From positions 130,209 to 194,208 of the forward strand of contig JACOXT010000003.1 in the NCBI GenBank assembly GCA_016182235.1: DNA of 64,000 bases, read 5' to 3'. Shown here piece after piece: positions 37,092-45,316 of the stretch (its first letter is position 1; every line of letters begins with the position of its first letter). Source of the DNA: Candidatus Levyibacteriota bacterium (lineage in GTDB: Bacteria; Patescibacteriota; Microgenomatia; Levybacterales; UBA12049). The notes beneath the pieces are model-generated. The model worked only from the letters and a program-made list of their open reading frames with translations, ran no database searches and was not told the DNA's origin. Made by a program: the position numbers and the translations under genes.

Positions 37092-37870
37092 TCAATATTA
37101 AAACTAAAGAGGAAATAGAGATAATGAGAGAAGGGGGAAGGATATTGGCGGAAGTTTTATTTACGCTTATTGAAAGTGTGAGGCCAGGAGTTTCTGAGCT
37201 GGATATTGATAAACTTGCCGAAACATTAATTTTAAAGGCGGGAGGAGAACCAGCATTTAAAAGAGTGAAAGACTACAAAAATACAATTTGTGTATCTACA
37301 AATGACGTTGTAGTTCATGGCGTCCCAACTGACTATACATTTAAAGAAGGGGACGTTGTCGGAATAGATTGCGGAGTCTATTATAAAGGATTTAATACGG
37401 ATATGGCGGAAACGCTTCGCGTCTCAACAGAGAACGAAGGACTAAGAACTAAAAACTCAAGTAATGAAATAGATAGGTTTTTGGAGACTGGGATGAAGGC
37501 GCTTCAGGCTGGGATAAATGCCGCTCATTTAGGAAATAGAGTTGGACATATTTCTAGGGCAATCCAGAGCATTGTTGATAAGGAAGGATACTCTGTTGTA
37601 AAGAGTCTTGTTGGGCATGGGATTGGGCAAAACCTTCACGAGGAGCCAGATGTGCCTGGATATCTTTCTCAATCTCTTGATAAGACTTCGGAGTTAAGAC
37701 AGGGAATGGCAATTGCGATTGAGGCCATCTATAATATGGGAAAAGATGATGTAATTTACTCCAACTCAGACGGATGGACTATTAAAACTAAAGATCAAAG
37801 CTTGTCAGGGCTTTTTGAAAGAACAGTCGCGATTACAAAAGAAGGGCCATTAATCTTAACTAAGAAGTGA
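37088..37870 (+). CDS. map: Methionine aminopeptidase type I
   Basis: GIDCGVYYKGFNTDMAET, GHGIG, IEA. Carries an extra segment of about 9 aa encoded by a heptamer repeat. Confidence 0.93.
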   Translation: MINIKTKEEIEIMREGGRILAEVLFTLIESVRPGVSELDIDKLAETLILKAGGEPAFKRVKDYKNTICVSTNDVVVHGVPTDYTFKEGDVVGIDCGVYYKGFNTDMAETLRVSTENEGLRTKNSSNEIDRFLETGMKALQAGINAAHLGNRVGHISRAIQSIVDKEGYSVVKSLVGHGIGQNLHEEPDVPGYLSQSLDKTSELRQGMAIAIEAIYNMGKDDVIYSNSDGWTIKTKDQSLSGLFERTVAITKEGPLILTKK

Positions 37871-37899
37871 TTGAAGTTTTGAGGCAGATTTGATATAAT
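37871..37899 (+). promoter_or_regulatory. Internal promoter TTGAAG-17-TATAAT upstream of infA
   Basis: TTGAAG at 37871-37876 and TATAAT at 37894-37899. Confidence 0.55.
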
Positions 37900-37907
37900 T
37901 TGTAGTT

Positions 37908-38126
37908 ATGCCACATCAGGGTTCTTTTGAAATTGAAGGAGTTGTTAAAGAGTCTTTGCCGAATACCCTTTTTAGAGTTGAGTTGGCAAACGGGGTTGTT
38001 ATCTTATGTCATTTATCAGGCAAGATGAGAATGAATTTTATTAAAATTTTGCCCGGAGACAAAGTGCGTATAGAGATGACTCCCTATGATAAAGCAAAAG
38101 GAAGGATAGTGTACAGATATAAATGA
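37908..38126 (+). CDS. infA: Translation initiation factor IF-1
   Basis: [20 protein letters not shown]...[16 protein letters not shown]. Confidence 0.97.
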   Translation: MPHQGSFEIEGVVKESLPNTLFRVELANGVVILCHLSGKMRMNFIKILPGDKVRIEMTPYDKAKGRIVYRYK

Positions 38127-38236
38127 AAGTTCAGGCGAGTGTTAAAAAAAGATGCGTTAAGTGCAAAATTATAAGAAGACGCGGAGTTGTCCGTGTTGTT
38201 TGTGACAATCCAAAGCACAAGCAGAGACAAGGATAA
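38123..38236 (+). CDS. rpmJ: 50S ribosomal protein L36 (37 aa, absent from the ORF track)
   Basis: Hand translation [41 protein letters not shown] overlap with the infA stop. Confidence 0.93.
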   Translation: MKVQASVKKRCVKCKIIRRRGVVRVVCDNPKHKQRQG

Positions 38237-38237
38237 T

Positions 38238-38645
38238 ATGAGGATTGCAGGATATAATTTACCGGATACAAAAAGAGTAGATATTGCTCTGACCTACGTT
38301 TATGGAATCGGACGGAGAAATGTTGTGGGAATTCTTAAAAAAGCCGGTGTTGAAAGCTTTAAAAGAGTGAATGTTCTTTCTGAAGAAGAGCAGAAAAGAA
38401 TACAAAATGCTTTAGAGACATATAAACTTGAAGGAGATCTAAGAGCAGAGGTAAGCACTGATATTAAAAGATTAAAAGAAATTTCTTCTTATAGAGGAAC
38501 GCGTCATAGCAAGAATCTTCCAGCGAGAGGACAGCGCACAAGATCTAATGCGAGAACCAAAAGAGGAAAAAGAGTTACAATTGGAGCGATTAAAAAAGAA
38601 GTCGCTGTAAAGCTCGGGATTGACAAGAAAGAAGAGGGGAAATAG
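38238..38645 (+). CDS. rpsM: 30S ribosomal protein S13
   Basis: Start moved to the ATG at 38238 (MRIAGYNLPDTKRVDIALTYVYGIG). Confidence 0.95.
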   Translation: MRIAGYNLPDTKRVDIALTYVYGIGRRNVVGILKKAGVESFKRVNVLSEEEQKRIQNALETYKLEGDLRAEVSTDIKRLKEISSYRGTRHSKNLPARGQRTRSNARTKRGKRVTIGAIKKEVAVKLGIDKKEEGK

Positions 38646-38651
38646 TTTTAT

Positions 38652-39050
38652 ATGGCGGATAGTAAAAGTGAAAAAGAAAAAGTAAAGAAAAAAAATGTTC
38701 TGGTCTCTAGTAACGGTAGAGCTTATATAACCTCTACATTTAATAATACTATAGTTACAATAACAAATGACAAAGGAGAGGTTATCGGATGGAGTAGTGC
38801 CGGAGCAAGCGGTTTTAAGGGTACAAGAAAATCTACTCCATATGCTGGAACTACAGCAGCAGAGAATGTTACTAGAAAGGCAGTTGCAAAAGGTCTGAAG
38901 ACAGTTGAGGTATACGTAAAAGGTCCGGGGGGAGGTCGGGACTCTGCGCTTCGCGGAATTAAAAGCGGCGGACTTTCGATATCTTTGATTGCAGATATAA
39001 CACCTATGCCACATAACGGACCGAGGGCTAAAAAGAAGAGGAGGATCTAG
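38652..39050 (+). CDS. rpsK: 30S ribosomal protein S11
   Basis: [15 protein letters not shown]...WSSAG..GFKG.RK.TP.A. Confidence 0.96.
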   Translation: MADSKSEKEKVKKKNVLVSSNGRAYITSTFNNTIVTITNDKGEVIGWSSAGASGFKGTRKSTPYAGTTAAENVTRKAVAKGLKTVEVYVKGPGGGRDSALRGIKSGGLSISLIADITPMPHNGPRAKKKRRI

Positions 39051-39064
39051 TTAACTTATAGTTT

Positions 39065-39142
39065 TTGGTCTTTGGTCTATAGCAAATGACTAAAGACTAA
39101 TAGCAAATGACTAAAGACTAATAGCAAATGACTAAAGACTAA
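39065..39142. repeat. 2 x TTGGTCT followed by 3 perfect copies of a 21-bp unit (tagcaaatgactaaagactaa = three heptamers), ending immediately before the rpsD ATG
   Basis: Read directly: copies at 39080-39100, 39101-39121 and 39122-39142. uuggucuuugguc can pair with gacuaaagacuaa using G-U wobbles. Confidence 0.9.
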
Positions 39143-39143
39143 T

Positions 39144-39752
39144 ATGGGAAGATATACTGGGCCGAAACATAAAACAGCAAGAAGAGAAGGAATAAATATT
39201 CTAGAAAAAGAGTCGGAAAGCCTCAAAAGAAGGTTGAATGTTCCACCGGGAGGCATACAGAGAAAAAAAATAAGAAGAAGGCTTTCTGAATATGGCCAAC
39301 AGCTTCGAGAGAAACAGAAAGCTAAAGCAATATACGGGCTTTTGGAAAAACAGCTTGCAAATTTGGTTAAAGAATTGGGAAAGAAAAAGGGAGAAACAGG
39401 AGAAATGATAATAGCCTCTCTAGAAACAAGATTAGACAATATCGTTTTTCGTTTGGGTTTTGCAAAAACAAGAGCACATGCTCGCCAGCTTGTTGCTCAT
39501 AAACACGTTTTAGTTAATGACAAGAAAGTAAATATCCCATCTTACTATGTAAAGGTAAATGATGTTATTTCTTTGACTTCCCCAACGCAGAGTAATGTTC
39601 AGATAGCGCCTCTTCTCTCGGAAAAAGATCGTAAGGTTTTACCATATCTTAAAAAAGAGGGAACAGTAGGGAAGCTTTTAAGAATGCCCAAAAAAGATGA
39701 CGTCCAAGTTCTTTTTGATTTGCAGCCCATTATTGAATATTATTCAAGATAA
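39144..39752 (+). CDS. rpsD: 30S ribosomal protein S4
   Basis: MGRYTGPKHKTARREG... Confidence 0.96.
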   Translation: MGRYTGPKHKTARREGINILEKESESLKRRLNVPPGGIQRKKIRRRLSEYGQQLREKQKAKAIYGLLEKQLANLVKELGKKKGETGEMIIASLETRLDNIVFRLGFAKTRAHARQLVAHKHVLVNDKKVNIPSYYVKVNDVISLTSPTQSNVQIAPLLSEKDRKVLPYLKKEGTVGKLLRMPKKDDVQVLFDLQPIIEYYSR

Positions 39753-39768
39753 TGGTACAATGTAGCTT

Positions 39769-40692
39769 ATGGTAAATCCGATATTTAAGGTAAAAGAAGA
39801 GAAAACTGGCGAAAATGAAAGCAGATTTATTATTGAACCTTTAGACCAGGGTTTTGGTCATACTCTCGGAAATGCTTTACGAAGAGTGCTTTTAACTTCT
39901 ATAACAGGTGCTGCAGTCACTTCAGTTAAGATTCCTGGTGTAAAACATAAATTCTCAACCATTTCTGGAGTTAAAGAAAACGTTATTGATCTTTTACTTA
40001 ATATAAAAGGTTTAAATTTTAAACTTCTTGACTCAACGAATAAAGGAAAGGTTTCCTTGTCAATTAAAGGGCCGAAGAAAATAACAGCTTCAGATTTTGA
40101 CCTGCCTGAAAATATTGAGATTGTAAATAGCGACCATTATATTGCTTATATTAACGATAAAAAGGCAAAGCTTGAAATGGATTTGACAGTCGAGCAAGGC
40201 TTGGGATTTACTTCGTCTGAAGATCAAAAAACCAGCTCACTTGGCGTAATGCCGCTAGATGCAGTTTTTACCCCTGTTAGAAGAGTAAGCTACGAAGTCT
40301 CTGCTACCCGAGTTGGCAGACAGACAGATTTAGACAAACTAGTTTTGAATATTTTGACGAATGGAGTTGTCAGTCCAAGGGAGGCATTGGATGAAGCAGC
40401 TGAAATATTAAGCTCGTACTTTTTGCAGGTTTATGAACCAAAATATTCGGAACCCTCAAAATCATCAACTCAAGAGTCTATGGCTGTTGATAGTATTTCA
40501 AAACTTACAATCGACGAACTAGATTTGCCAACGAGAATTTATAACAGTCTTCGCAATGGAAGCGTTGAGACTATAGGCGATCTTTTGTCTTCAACAAAAA
40601 AGAACTTGATGTCAATGCGAAATATGGGAAACAAATCAATCATGGTTATAGAGGAAAAACTTAAACAAAGAGGGGTATCGTTAGCACAATAA
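39769..40692 (+). CDS. rpoA: DNA-directed RNA polymerase alpha subunit
   Basis: GFGHTLGNALRRVLL; C-terminal domain LDLPTRIYNSLRN. Confidence 0.96.
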   Translation: MVNPIFKVKEEKTGENESRFIIEPLDQGFGHTLGNALRRVLLTSITGAAVTSVKIPGVKHKFSTISGVKENVIDLLLNIKGLNFKLLDSTNKGKVSLSIKGPKKITASDFDLPENIEIVNSDHYIAYINDKKAKLEMDLTVEQGLGFTSSEDQKTSSLGVMPLDAVFTPVRRVSYEVSATRVGRQTDLDKLVLNILTNGVVSPREALDEAAEILSSYFLQVYEPKYSEPSKSSTQESMAVDSISKLTIDELDLPTRIYNSLRNGSVETIGDLLSSTKKNLMSMRNMGNKSIMVIEEKLKQRGVSLAQ

Positions 40693-40776
40693 TTGTGCTA
40701 AATCTCAAATCTTAAATCGCAAAGCCCAAAGCTGCAGCTTTCAGTTTTGACTTTTGACATTTGAGTTTTGAGATTT
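40681..40776. repeat. 9-bp perfect hairpin across the rpoA stop codon, then a mirror array of heptamers (5 x AAANNNN | 6 x NNNNTTT)
   Basis: ttagcacaa-taa-ttgtgctaa; then aaatctc aaatctt aaatcgc aaagccc aaagctg | cagcttt cagtttt gactttt gacattt gagtttt gagattt. Confidence 0.85.
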
Positions 40777-40781
40777 TTATT

Positions 40782-41279
40782 ATGCGGAAAAATGTTTTTG
40801 GAAGAAAGTTCAAAAGAGACACAAATGAGAGAAAAGCTTTGTTTAAAAGTTTGATATCTTCTTTGATTTTAAATGGAAAAATTAAGACAACTTTGGAAAA
40901 GGCAAAAGCTATAAAAGGAGATGTTGATAAAATTGCCAATAAGGCAAAAAAGGGAGAGGCGCGATATCTCTTACAGCCCATTTTGGACAGTGATGTATTA
41001 GAGAGATTAATCAAGAATATTGTACCCAGGGTTTCTGATAGAAATAGCGGATACACAAAGCTTACCAAACTTGGAAGGAGGTTTTCTGACAATGCTCAAA
41101 TGGTTTTGATGGAATGGATAGGAGAAGAAATTAAAGATCAAGGATCTCGCCTCGCAGCGAAGCGGGCAAACATAAAAAATGAAAACAAAAAACTTGCAAT
41201 TATAGAAGCACCCGTCTCTGCTAAGGCTTCGGCGGGCAAGCAGAAAAAACGTGAAGTACAGAAAGCAAGAAGGAAATAG
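40782..41279 (+). CDS. rplQ: 50S ribosomal protein L17 with a Lys/Ala-rich C-terminal extension
   Basis: Start moved to the ATG at 40782 (MRKNVFGRKFKRDTNERKALFKSL...KTTLEKAK). Confidence 0.92.
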   Translation: MRKNVFGRKFKRDTNERKALFKSLISSLILNGKIKTTLEKAKAIKGDVDKIANKAKKGEARYLLQPILDSDVLERLIKNIVPRVSDRNSGYTKLTKLGRRFSDNAQMVLMEWIGEEIKDQGSRLAAKRANIKNENKKLAIIEAPVSAKASAGKQKKREVQKARRK

Positions 41280-41283
41280 TTCT

Positions 41284-41709
41284 ATGAACAATTCAACTAA
41301 GGCAACAAAATTATCTGATGTCAAACGAGAGTGGCATTTGGTTGATGTTGAGGAGAAGATTTTAGGGAGAGTGTCCTCGGATATAGCGAAGATTTTAATG
41401 GGCAAATCAAAGCCCTATTATGTTAGCAACTTAGACTGTGGAGATTATATAGTTGTCGTAAACGCCAGTAAAGTTAAAGTTACCGGAAAAAAAGAATACT
41501 TGAAAAAATATTCTCATCATTCAGGATACCCGGGGGGATATACAGAAGAGAGTTTAGGTGCACTTAGAAAAAGAAACCCCTCAGAAATTATAAGGCATGC
41601 TGTTTTGGGGATGTTGCCGCAAAATAAATTAAGGGATAGAATGATGACTCGTTTGTTTGTGTTTGAAGGTATGGATCACTCGTATAAAGATAAATTCAAA
41701 AATGGTTAA
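41284..41709 (+). CDS. rplM: 50S ribosomal protein L13
   Basis: Start moved to 41284 (MNNSTKATKLSDVKREWHLVDVEEKILGR). Confidence 0.93.
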   Translation: MNNSTKATKLSDVKREWHLVDVEEKILGRVSSDIAKILMGKSKPYYVSNLDCGDYIVVVNASKVKVTGKKEYLKKYSHHSGYPGGYTEESLGALRKRNPSEIIRHAVLGMLPQNKLRDRMMTRLFVFEGMDHSYKDKFKNG

Positions 41710-42157
41710 GCAAACAAATAAAATAACACAAAATAATAAAGATTATATTTCTGCTCTTGGGAGACGAAAAAACGCCACAGCTTTAGTCCGTTTGTATAAA
41801 AATGATGTGACTTTGTTCGGAGGAGTTGTTAAAAAAGGAGAGATTGTTGTTAACAAAAAAAATGCATTAGAATATTTTGGAAAAGACACGGAATCAATAT
41901 GTAGAGAGCCCTTACGTATTACAAATATCGAGAACAAGTTTGCTGTCTCGATCAAGGTAACTGGTGGAGGCAATAGGGGGCAATTAGACGCTGTAGTTTT
42001 GGGAATGGCTAGAGCCTTGGATAAATTTGACCGCGAAAAGTTCCACACAGTTCTTAAAAGAAAGGGAATGCTTACTCGAGATTCTAGAATTAAAGAAAGA
42101 AGAAAAGTTGGAATGGGTGGAAAATCAAGAAGAAAGAAACAGTCTCCAAAGAGATAA
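41702..42157 (+). CDS. rpsI: 30S ribosomal protein S9
   Basis: Start moved to 41702 (MVKQ...ALGRRKNATALVRL; C-terminal KKQSPKR). Confidence 0.93.
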   Translation: MVKQTNKITQNNKDYISALGRRKNATALVRLYKNDVTLFGGVVKKGEIVVNKKNALEYFGKDTESICREPLRITNIENKFAVSIKVTGGGNRGQLDAVVLGMARALDKFDREKFHTVLKRKGMLTRDSRIKERRKVGMGGKSRRKKQSPKR

Positions 42158-42214
42158 CCTGCAACCACAGAAATACTGAAGTCTTCTGAAGTACAGAGGT
42201 CGTTCGCATTTTTT

Positions 42215-42775
42215 CTAAAGTACGCTGCTATGTAGCAACATACTTTGGAAATGTCTATTTTCTAATAATTCTTGTACTTCCAACACGCTCCAGGGGGAAT
42301 ATTTATTTGGGTTTTTATTTATATCTTCAACAAATGTTTTCCATTCAATCCATTTAGTGTCTTCAATCTCATCTTTATTGATCACTGGTTTCTGATTTGT
42401 AAATCCAACAAGAACAGGACATATCTCATTTTCTACAATTTCATCCTTTTCTACCCTATAAGAAAAGTTGGGTAGTATTTCGTGTAATTCGCCAAGTTCT
42501 ATTCCTAATTCAAATATTGCTCTCCTTTTTGCAGCATTAATACTTGACTCATTTAACTTTGGATGTCCGCAGACGGAATTTGACCATACCAACGGCCAAG
42601 TTTTTTTCTTGCGACTTCTTTGCTGAAGCAATAGTTCTCCATCAGAATTAAATAAAAAAACAGAAAAACCCCTATGAAGCGGCGTATTAGCATTATGAGC
42701 TGCTAATTTTGGAGAGGTTCCCAAAACATTATTTTGTTTATCAACTAAAACAACGTATTCTTGATTACTATTCAT
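42215..42775 (-). CDS. idi: Isopentenyl-diphosphate delta-isomerase, type 1 (Nudix fold)
   Basis: LHRGFSVFLFNSDGELLLQQRS..K..WPLVWSNSVCGHP. Confidence 0.85.
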   Translation of the reverse strand: MNSNQEYVVLVDKQNNVLGTSPKLAAHNANTPLHRGFSVFLFNSDGELLLQQRSRKKKTWPLVWSNSVCGHPKLNESSINAAKRRAIFELGIELGELHEILPNFSYRVEKDEIVENEICPVLVGFTNQKPVINKDEIEDTKWIEWKTFVEDINKNPNKYSPWSVLEVQELLENRHFQSMLLHSSVL

Positions 42776-42781
42776 ATTACT

Positions 42782-43099
42782 TTATTTTTTCCACAACGCG
42801 ATTAAGAAATTAATTAACAAGTATAATAATAAAGCCTGCCAAAGAAGTATTGAAATTAAAACAGTGCTTAAGAAAATTGCAATCGCTTCTCTTCTTAGGC
42901 CATAAAAATCCAATAGAAATGCTCCAAGTCTGCCAAAAACAAAAAAGGAAGCAAGACCTATAAATGGGGAGAATATAACAGGTAAAAGGACAGGTCGTCT
43001 TGTAACTTGTCTTATTGTGGAGAAAGGATGGAATGTAATACCAAGAAGTGTCTTGGTCCATACATAAGCGACAAAGATTAAAAATGTACTTTTCTTCAT
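42782..43099 (-). CDS. Hypothetical integral membrane protein
   Basis: Three predicted TM helices. Follows the sigma factor operon. Confidence 0.5.
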   Translation of the reverse strand: MKKSTFLIFVAYVWTKTLLGITFHPFSTIRQVTRRPVLLPVIFSPFIGLASFFVFGRLGAFLLDFYGLRREAIAIFLSTVLISILLWQALLLYLLINFLIALWKK

Positions 43100-43120
43100 G
43101 TCCTTCGACTCCGCTCAGGA

Positions 43121-43348
43121 TTATAATTTTCCAAATATCTTCAAAATAAATTCATCATAGCGTCCTCCAAATAGTCCGTGAAGTATTAAAGTGACAATTA
43201 ATGCAAGCGGAATTAAAATTCTATAAGGGTGATTGCCTAACCAGAAACTTACAGAAGTAAAGATATTTGGCAAAAACGTGCTTTTTATGATTTTTTCTTG
43301 TTCCTTCGCTCTTTGCTCTAGTGTTTTAAGAAATTCACGCTCGTTCAT
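43121..43348 (-). CDS. Small membrane protein, possible anti-sigma factor
   Basis: 14-nt overlap with the ECF sigma gene. Cytoplasmic N-terminus followed by TM segments. Confidence 0.4.
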   Translation of the reverse strand: MNEREFLKTLEQRAKEQEKIIKSTFLPNIFTSVSFWLGNHPYRILIPLALIVTLILHGLFGGRYDEFILKIFGKL

Positions 43349-43871
43349 AAGCGAGTTTAAAACTCCGGCGGGCTCTAAAAAGAAGAGATTCCGTTGCTTT
43401 GAAAGTTAAATTTAAAATAATTGATAGTTCTTTTACTGAAACATTTTCTTCATAATGAAGTCTTAATATTTTTTGATACTTAAGAGAAATTTTATGGAAT
43501 GTAAACTCAATTCTATCCCGGATTTTATTTTTTTCGTATTGGAATTCCGGTTGATTAATTTCAGAAGCAACGATTTGTAGAAATGGCATTTGGGATAAAA
43601 GTATTGATTTTATTTTCCTTTTACGATAAAAATCAACCATTTTGTTGTGGGCTATTCGATAAAGCCAAGAAGAGATATTTTCTTCTTTACTAAGCATTGA
43701 TAATGAGTCAGTTGCTTCTAAAAAAACGTCATTCGTCAGCTCCTGCGCATCCTCAAAACATGGTAGTTTTTTTGAAAGATAAGAGAGAATCTTTGGGGAG
43801 TAAAATTTGTAAAATTCTCTTACTGCTTTACTGTCTCCTTCCAGGATTCGTTTTACAAAAGAGTGAGACAT
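43335..43871 (-). CDS. ECF-type RNA polymerase sigma-70 family factor
   Basis: Region 2 WLYRIAHNKMVDFYRKRK; region 4 HTH LSVKELSIILNLTFKATESLLFRAR. Confidence 0.85.
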   Translation of the reverse strand: MSHSFVKRILEGDSKAVREFYKFYSPKILSYLSKKLPCFEDAQELTNDVFLEATDSLSMLSKEENISSWLYRIAHNKMVDFYRKRKIKSILLSQMPFLQIVASEINQPEFQYEKNKIRDRIEFTFHKISLKYQKILRLHYEENVSVKELSIILNLTFKATESLLFRARRSFKLAYERA

Positions 43872-43959
43872 AATGAGATTATAACAGATTTATTATCAAA
43901 GTTGCATTTTCGAATGATTTTGCCCAATTCTCCGTCTAAATTATAAAGAGGGCAAAATT

Positions 43960-44676
43960 ATGAAAGAGCAAGAAAGACAAATTGATCCATTAAAAGAACC
44001 AGTCGCAGAAGAGACAATTGGAGCTATTGTTGAGGAATGTCATAGAATATTTCTTGACCCAACGCCTCCTACAATAGTAAAAGAGTCAATATTTGATGAT
44101 CGTGAAGGGATAACAAGAGATGGAAAAACCGTTGCAATAATACATAATTATTTTAGAATTGATTCGGAAGATGAAAAAAATGGAGAGATGGCGGAACGAT
44201 ATGGTCTTAAAGATACTTCCTTTTCAGATTCATACAATCCAATAAATAGATATGGCATACATGTTACAGAGATATTTAGCCAAGATAGTACTAAACCAAA
44301 GAAAATTATTTCAATAGATAAATATTTTCTTGCAGAAGATTTAATAGACAACGGCATAATAAATGATAAGTATCAAGTGATTTCTTATTTATATGCAATA
44401 GATTCAGATGCTAATTTTTTGCAATTATATATATGTCATCCTGCTTTATTATTTTGGTTTCCAAAAGAACTTCCTTTAGCGGAGAACGAGGCCAAAGATC
44501 TTTTGACAAGAGGAGTTCCCATGGCTAGAGTTAGTTTTGAGACAGGTTGGCCTAACTTTGGTGTTTCTCTTTCTGATGCAATTAGACCAAGTGAGGAACA
44601 CGCACAAACTTTACTTCAGTCGTTAAAGGGATTACAGCAGGTTATAAGAATAAATCTTGATAAGCCGGACTTTTAG
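43960..44676 (+). CDS. Hypothetical protein
   Basis: Long ORF with no motif I recognise. Confidence 0.5.
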   Translation: MKEQERQIDPLKEPVAEETIGAIVEECHRIFLDPTPPTIVKESIFDDREGITRDGKTVAIIHNYFRIDSEDEKNGEMAERYGLKDTSFSDSYNPINRYGIHVTEIFSQDSTKPKKIISIDKYFLAEDLIDNGIINDKYQVISYLYAIDSDANFLQLYICHPALLFWFPKELPLAENEAKDLLTRGVPMARVSFETGWPNFGVSLSDAIRPSEEHAQTLLQSLKGLQQVIRINLDKPDF

Positions 44677-44784
44677 TTTTAAAAATTTTAATTTTTACTC
44701 CGAATGATTACGGGGAATTTTACGACTATAATTATACTAATACTTAGCATGGATAGGGTACAGGCTTAATGTTTATAATAAACT

Positions 44785-45300
44785 ATGGTTGAATCTTTTC
44801 GTCCAGGTTTTCCAATAGATGAATCTGGTGTGTCTATTCCAACTACGGAGCAACCTAAGTACAAGGACTTAATCAATCTTCCAGGTAATCATAGAAAATT
44901 AATTGCAGAAAGGATTGCGAAGTTGGATATTCCCCTATCTGAGTCAGAGCTTAAGTTTTTTGAGTTTCCAAATAGGCATAACGGTTCAGACGCAGTCTAT
45001 TTGTTGGAACAGTTTGTAGATGAAGATTGGCTTTTGGCTTCTCATCTTGAACCAAAGCGCAATACATCCAGACATAAACACATTGCTCCTATGGGTACAG
45101 AGCAATATTATTGGCTTGCTGGAGAAGCTATTCTTAATATCGATGGAGAGGATGTGCCATTAGATAGTGAGCATGATTTTAGAGTGGTTCCATTAGATGC
45201 GGTTCATCAATTAAGAACAGAAGGTGCTTTTGTTCTGACTCTTATCGTAATGAAAAACGCAAGATTGGTAACGCCGGAAAATCGACATATTCGCGTTTAA
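44785..45300 (+). CDS. Cupin-fold protein (hypothetical)
   Basis: HKHIAPMGTEQYYWLAGEAILNIDGE...VVPLDAVHQLRTEG resembles the two cupin motifs. Confidence 0.5.
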   Translation: MVESFRPGFPIDESGVSIPTTEQPKYKDLINLPGNHRKLIAERIAKLDIPLSESELKFFEFPNRHNGSDAVYLLEQFVDEDWLLASHLEPKRNTSRHKHIAPMGTEQYYWLAGEAILNIDGEDVPLDSEHDFRVVPLDAVHQLRTEGAFVLTLIVMKNARLVTPENRHIRV

Positions 45301-45316
45301 GTTCTGTATCTCCATT

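Noticed and set aside
39077-39439. Minus-strand ORF ending in LLLVFSHLLLVFSHLLLVFSHLL
   Set aside because: The repeat in the peptide is just the translated 21-bp tandem repeat, and the rest is antisense to rpsD. It is an artefact.
39065-40776. CRISPR array interpretation of the short tandem repeats
   Set aside because: The units are 7-21 bp with no unique spacers between them, and there are no cas genes. These are not CRISPR arrays.
30167-41701. Long N-terminal extensions in the ORF track for rplE (30167), rpsM (38187), rplQ (40761), rplM (41251) and rpsI (41657)
   Set aside because: The extensions overlap upstream genes or repeats and are absent from the conserved protein N-termini. The internal ATGs reproduce the canonical starts.
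23937-42168. Numerous antisense or overlapping ORFs inside tuf, r-protein genes, secY and the kinase genes (for example 23937..24293, 32789..33190, 35904..36401, 38472..39014, 40712..41092, 41743..42168)
   Set aside because: They lie opposite highly conserved genes, have biased low-complexity composition, and lack starts with ribosome-binding sites. They are shadow ORFs typical of AT-rich coding DNA.
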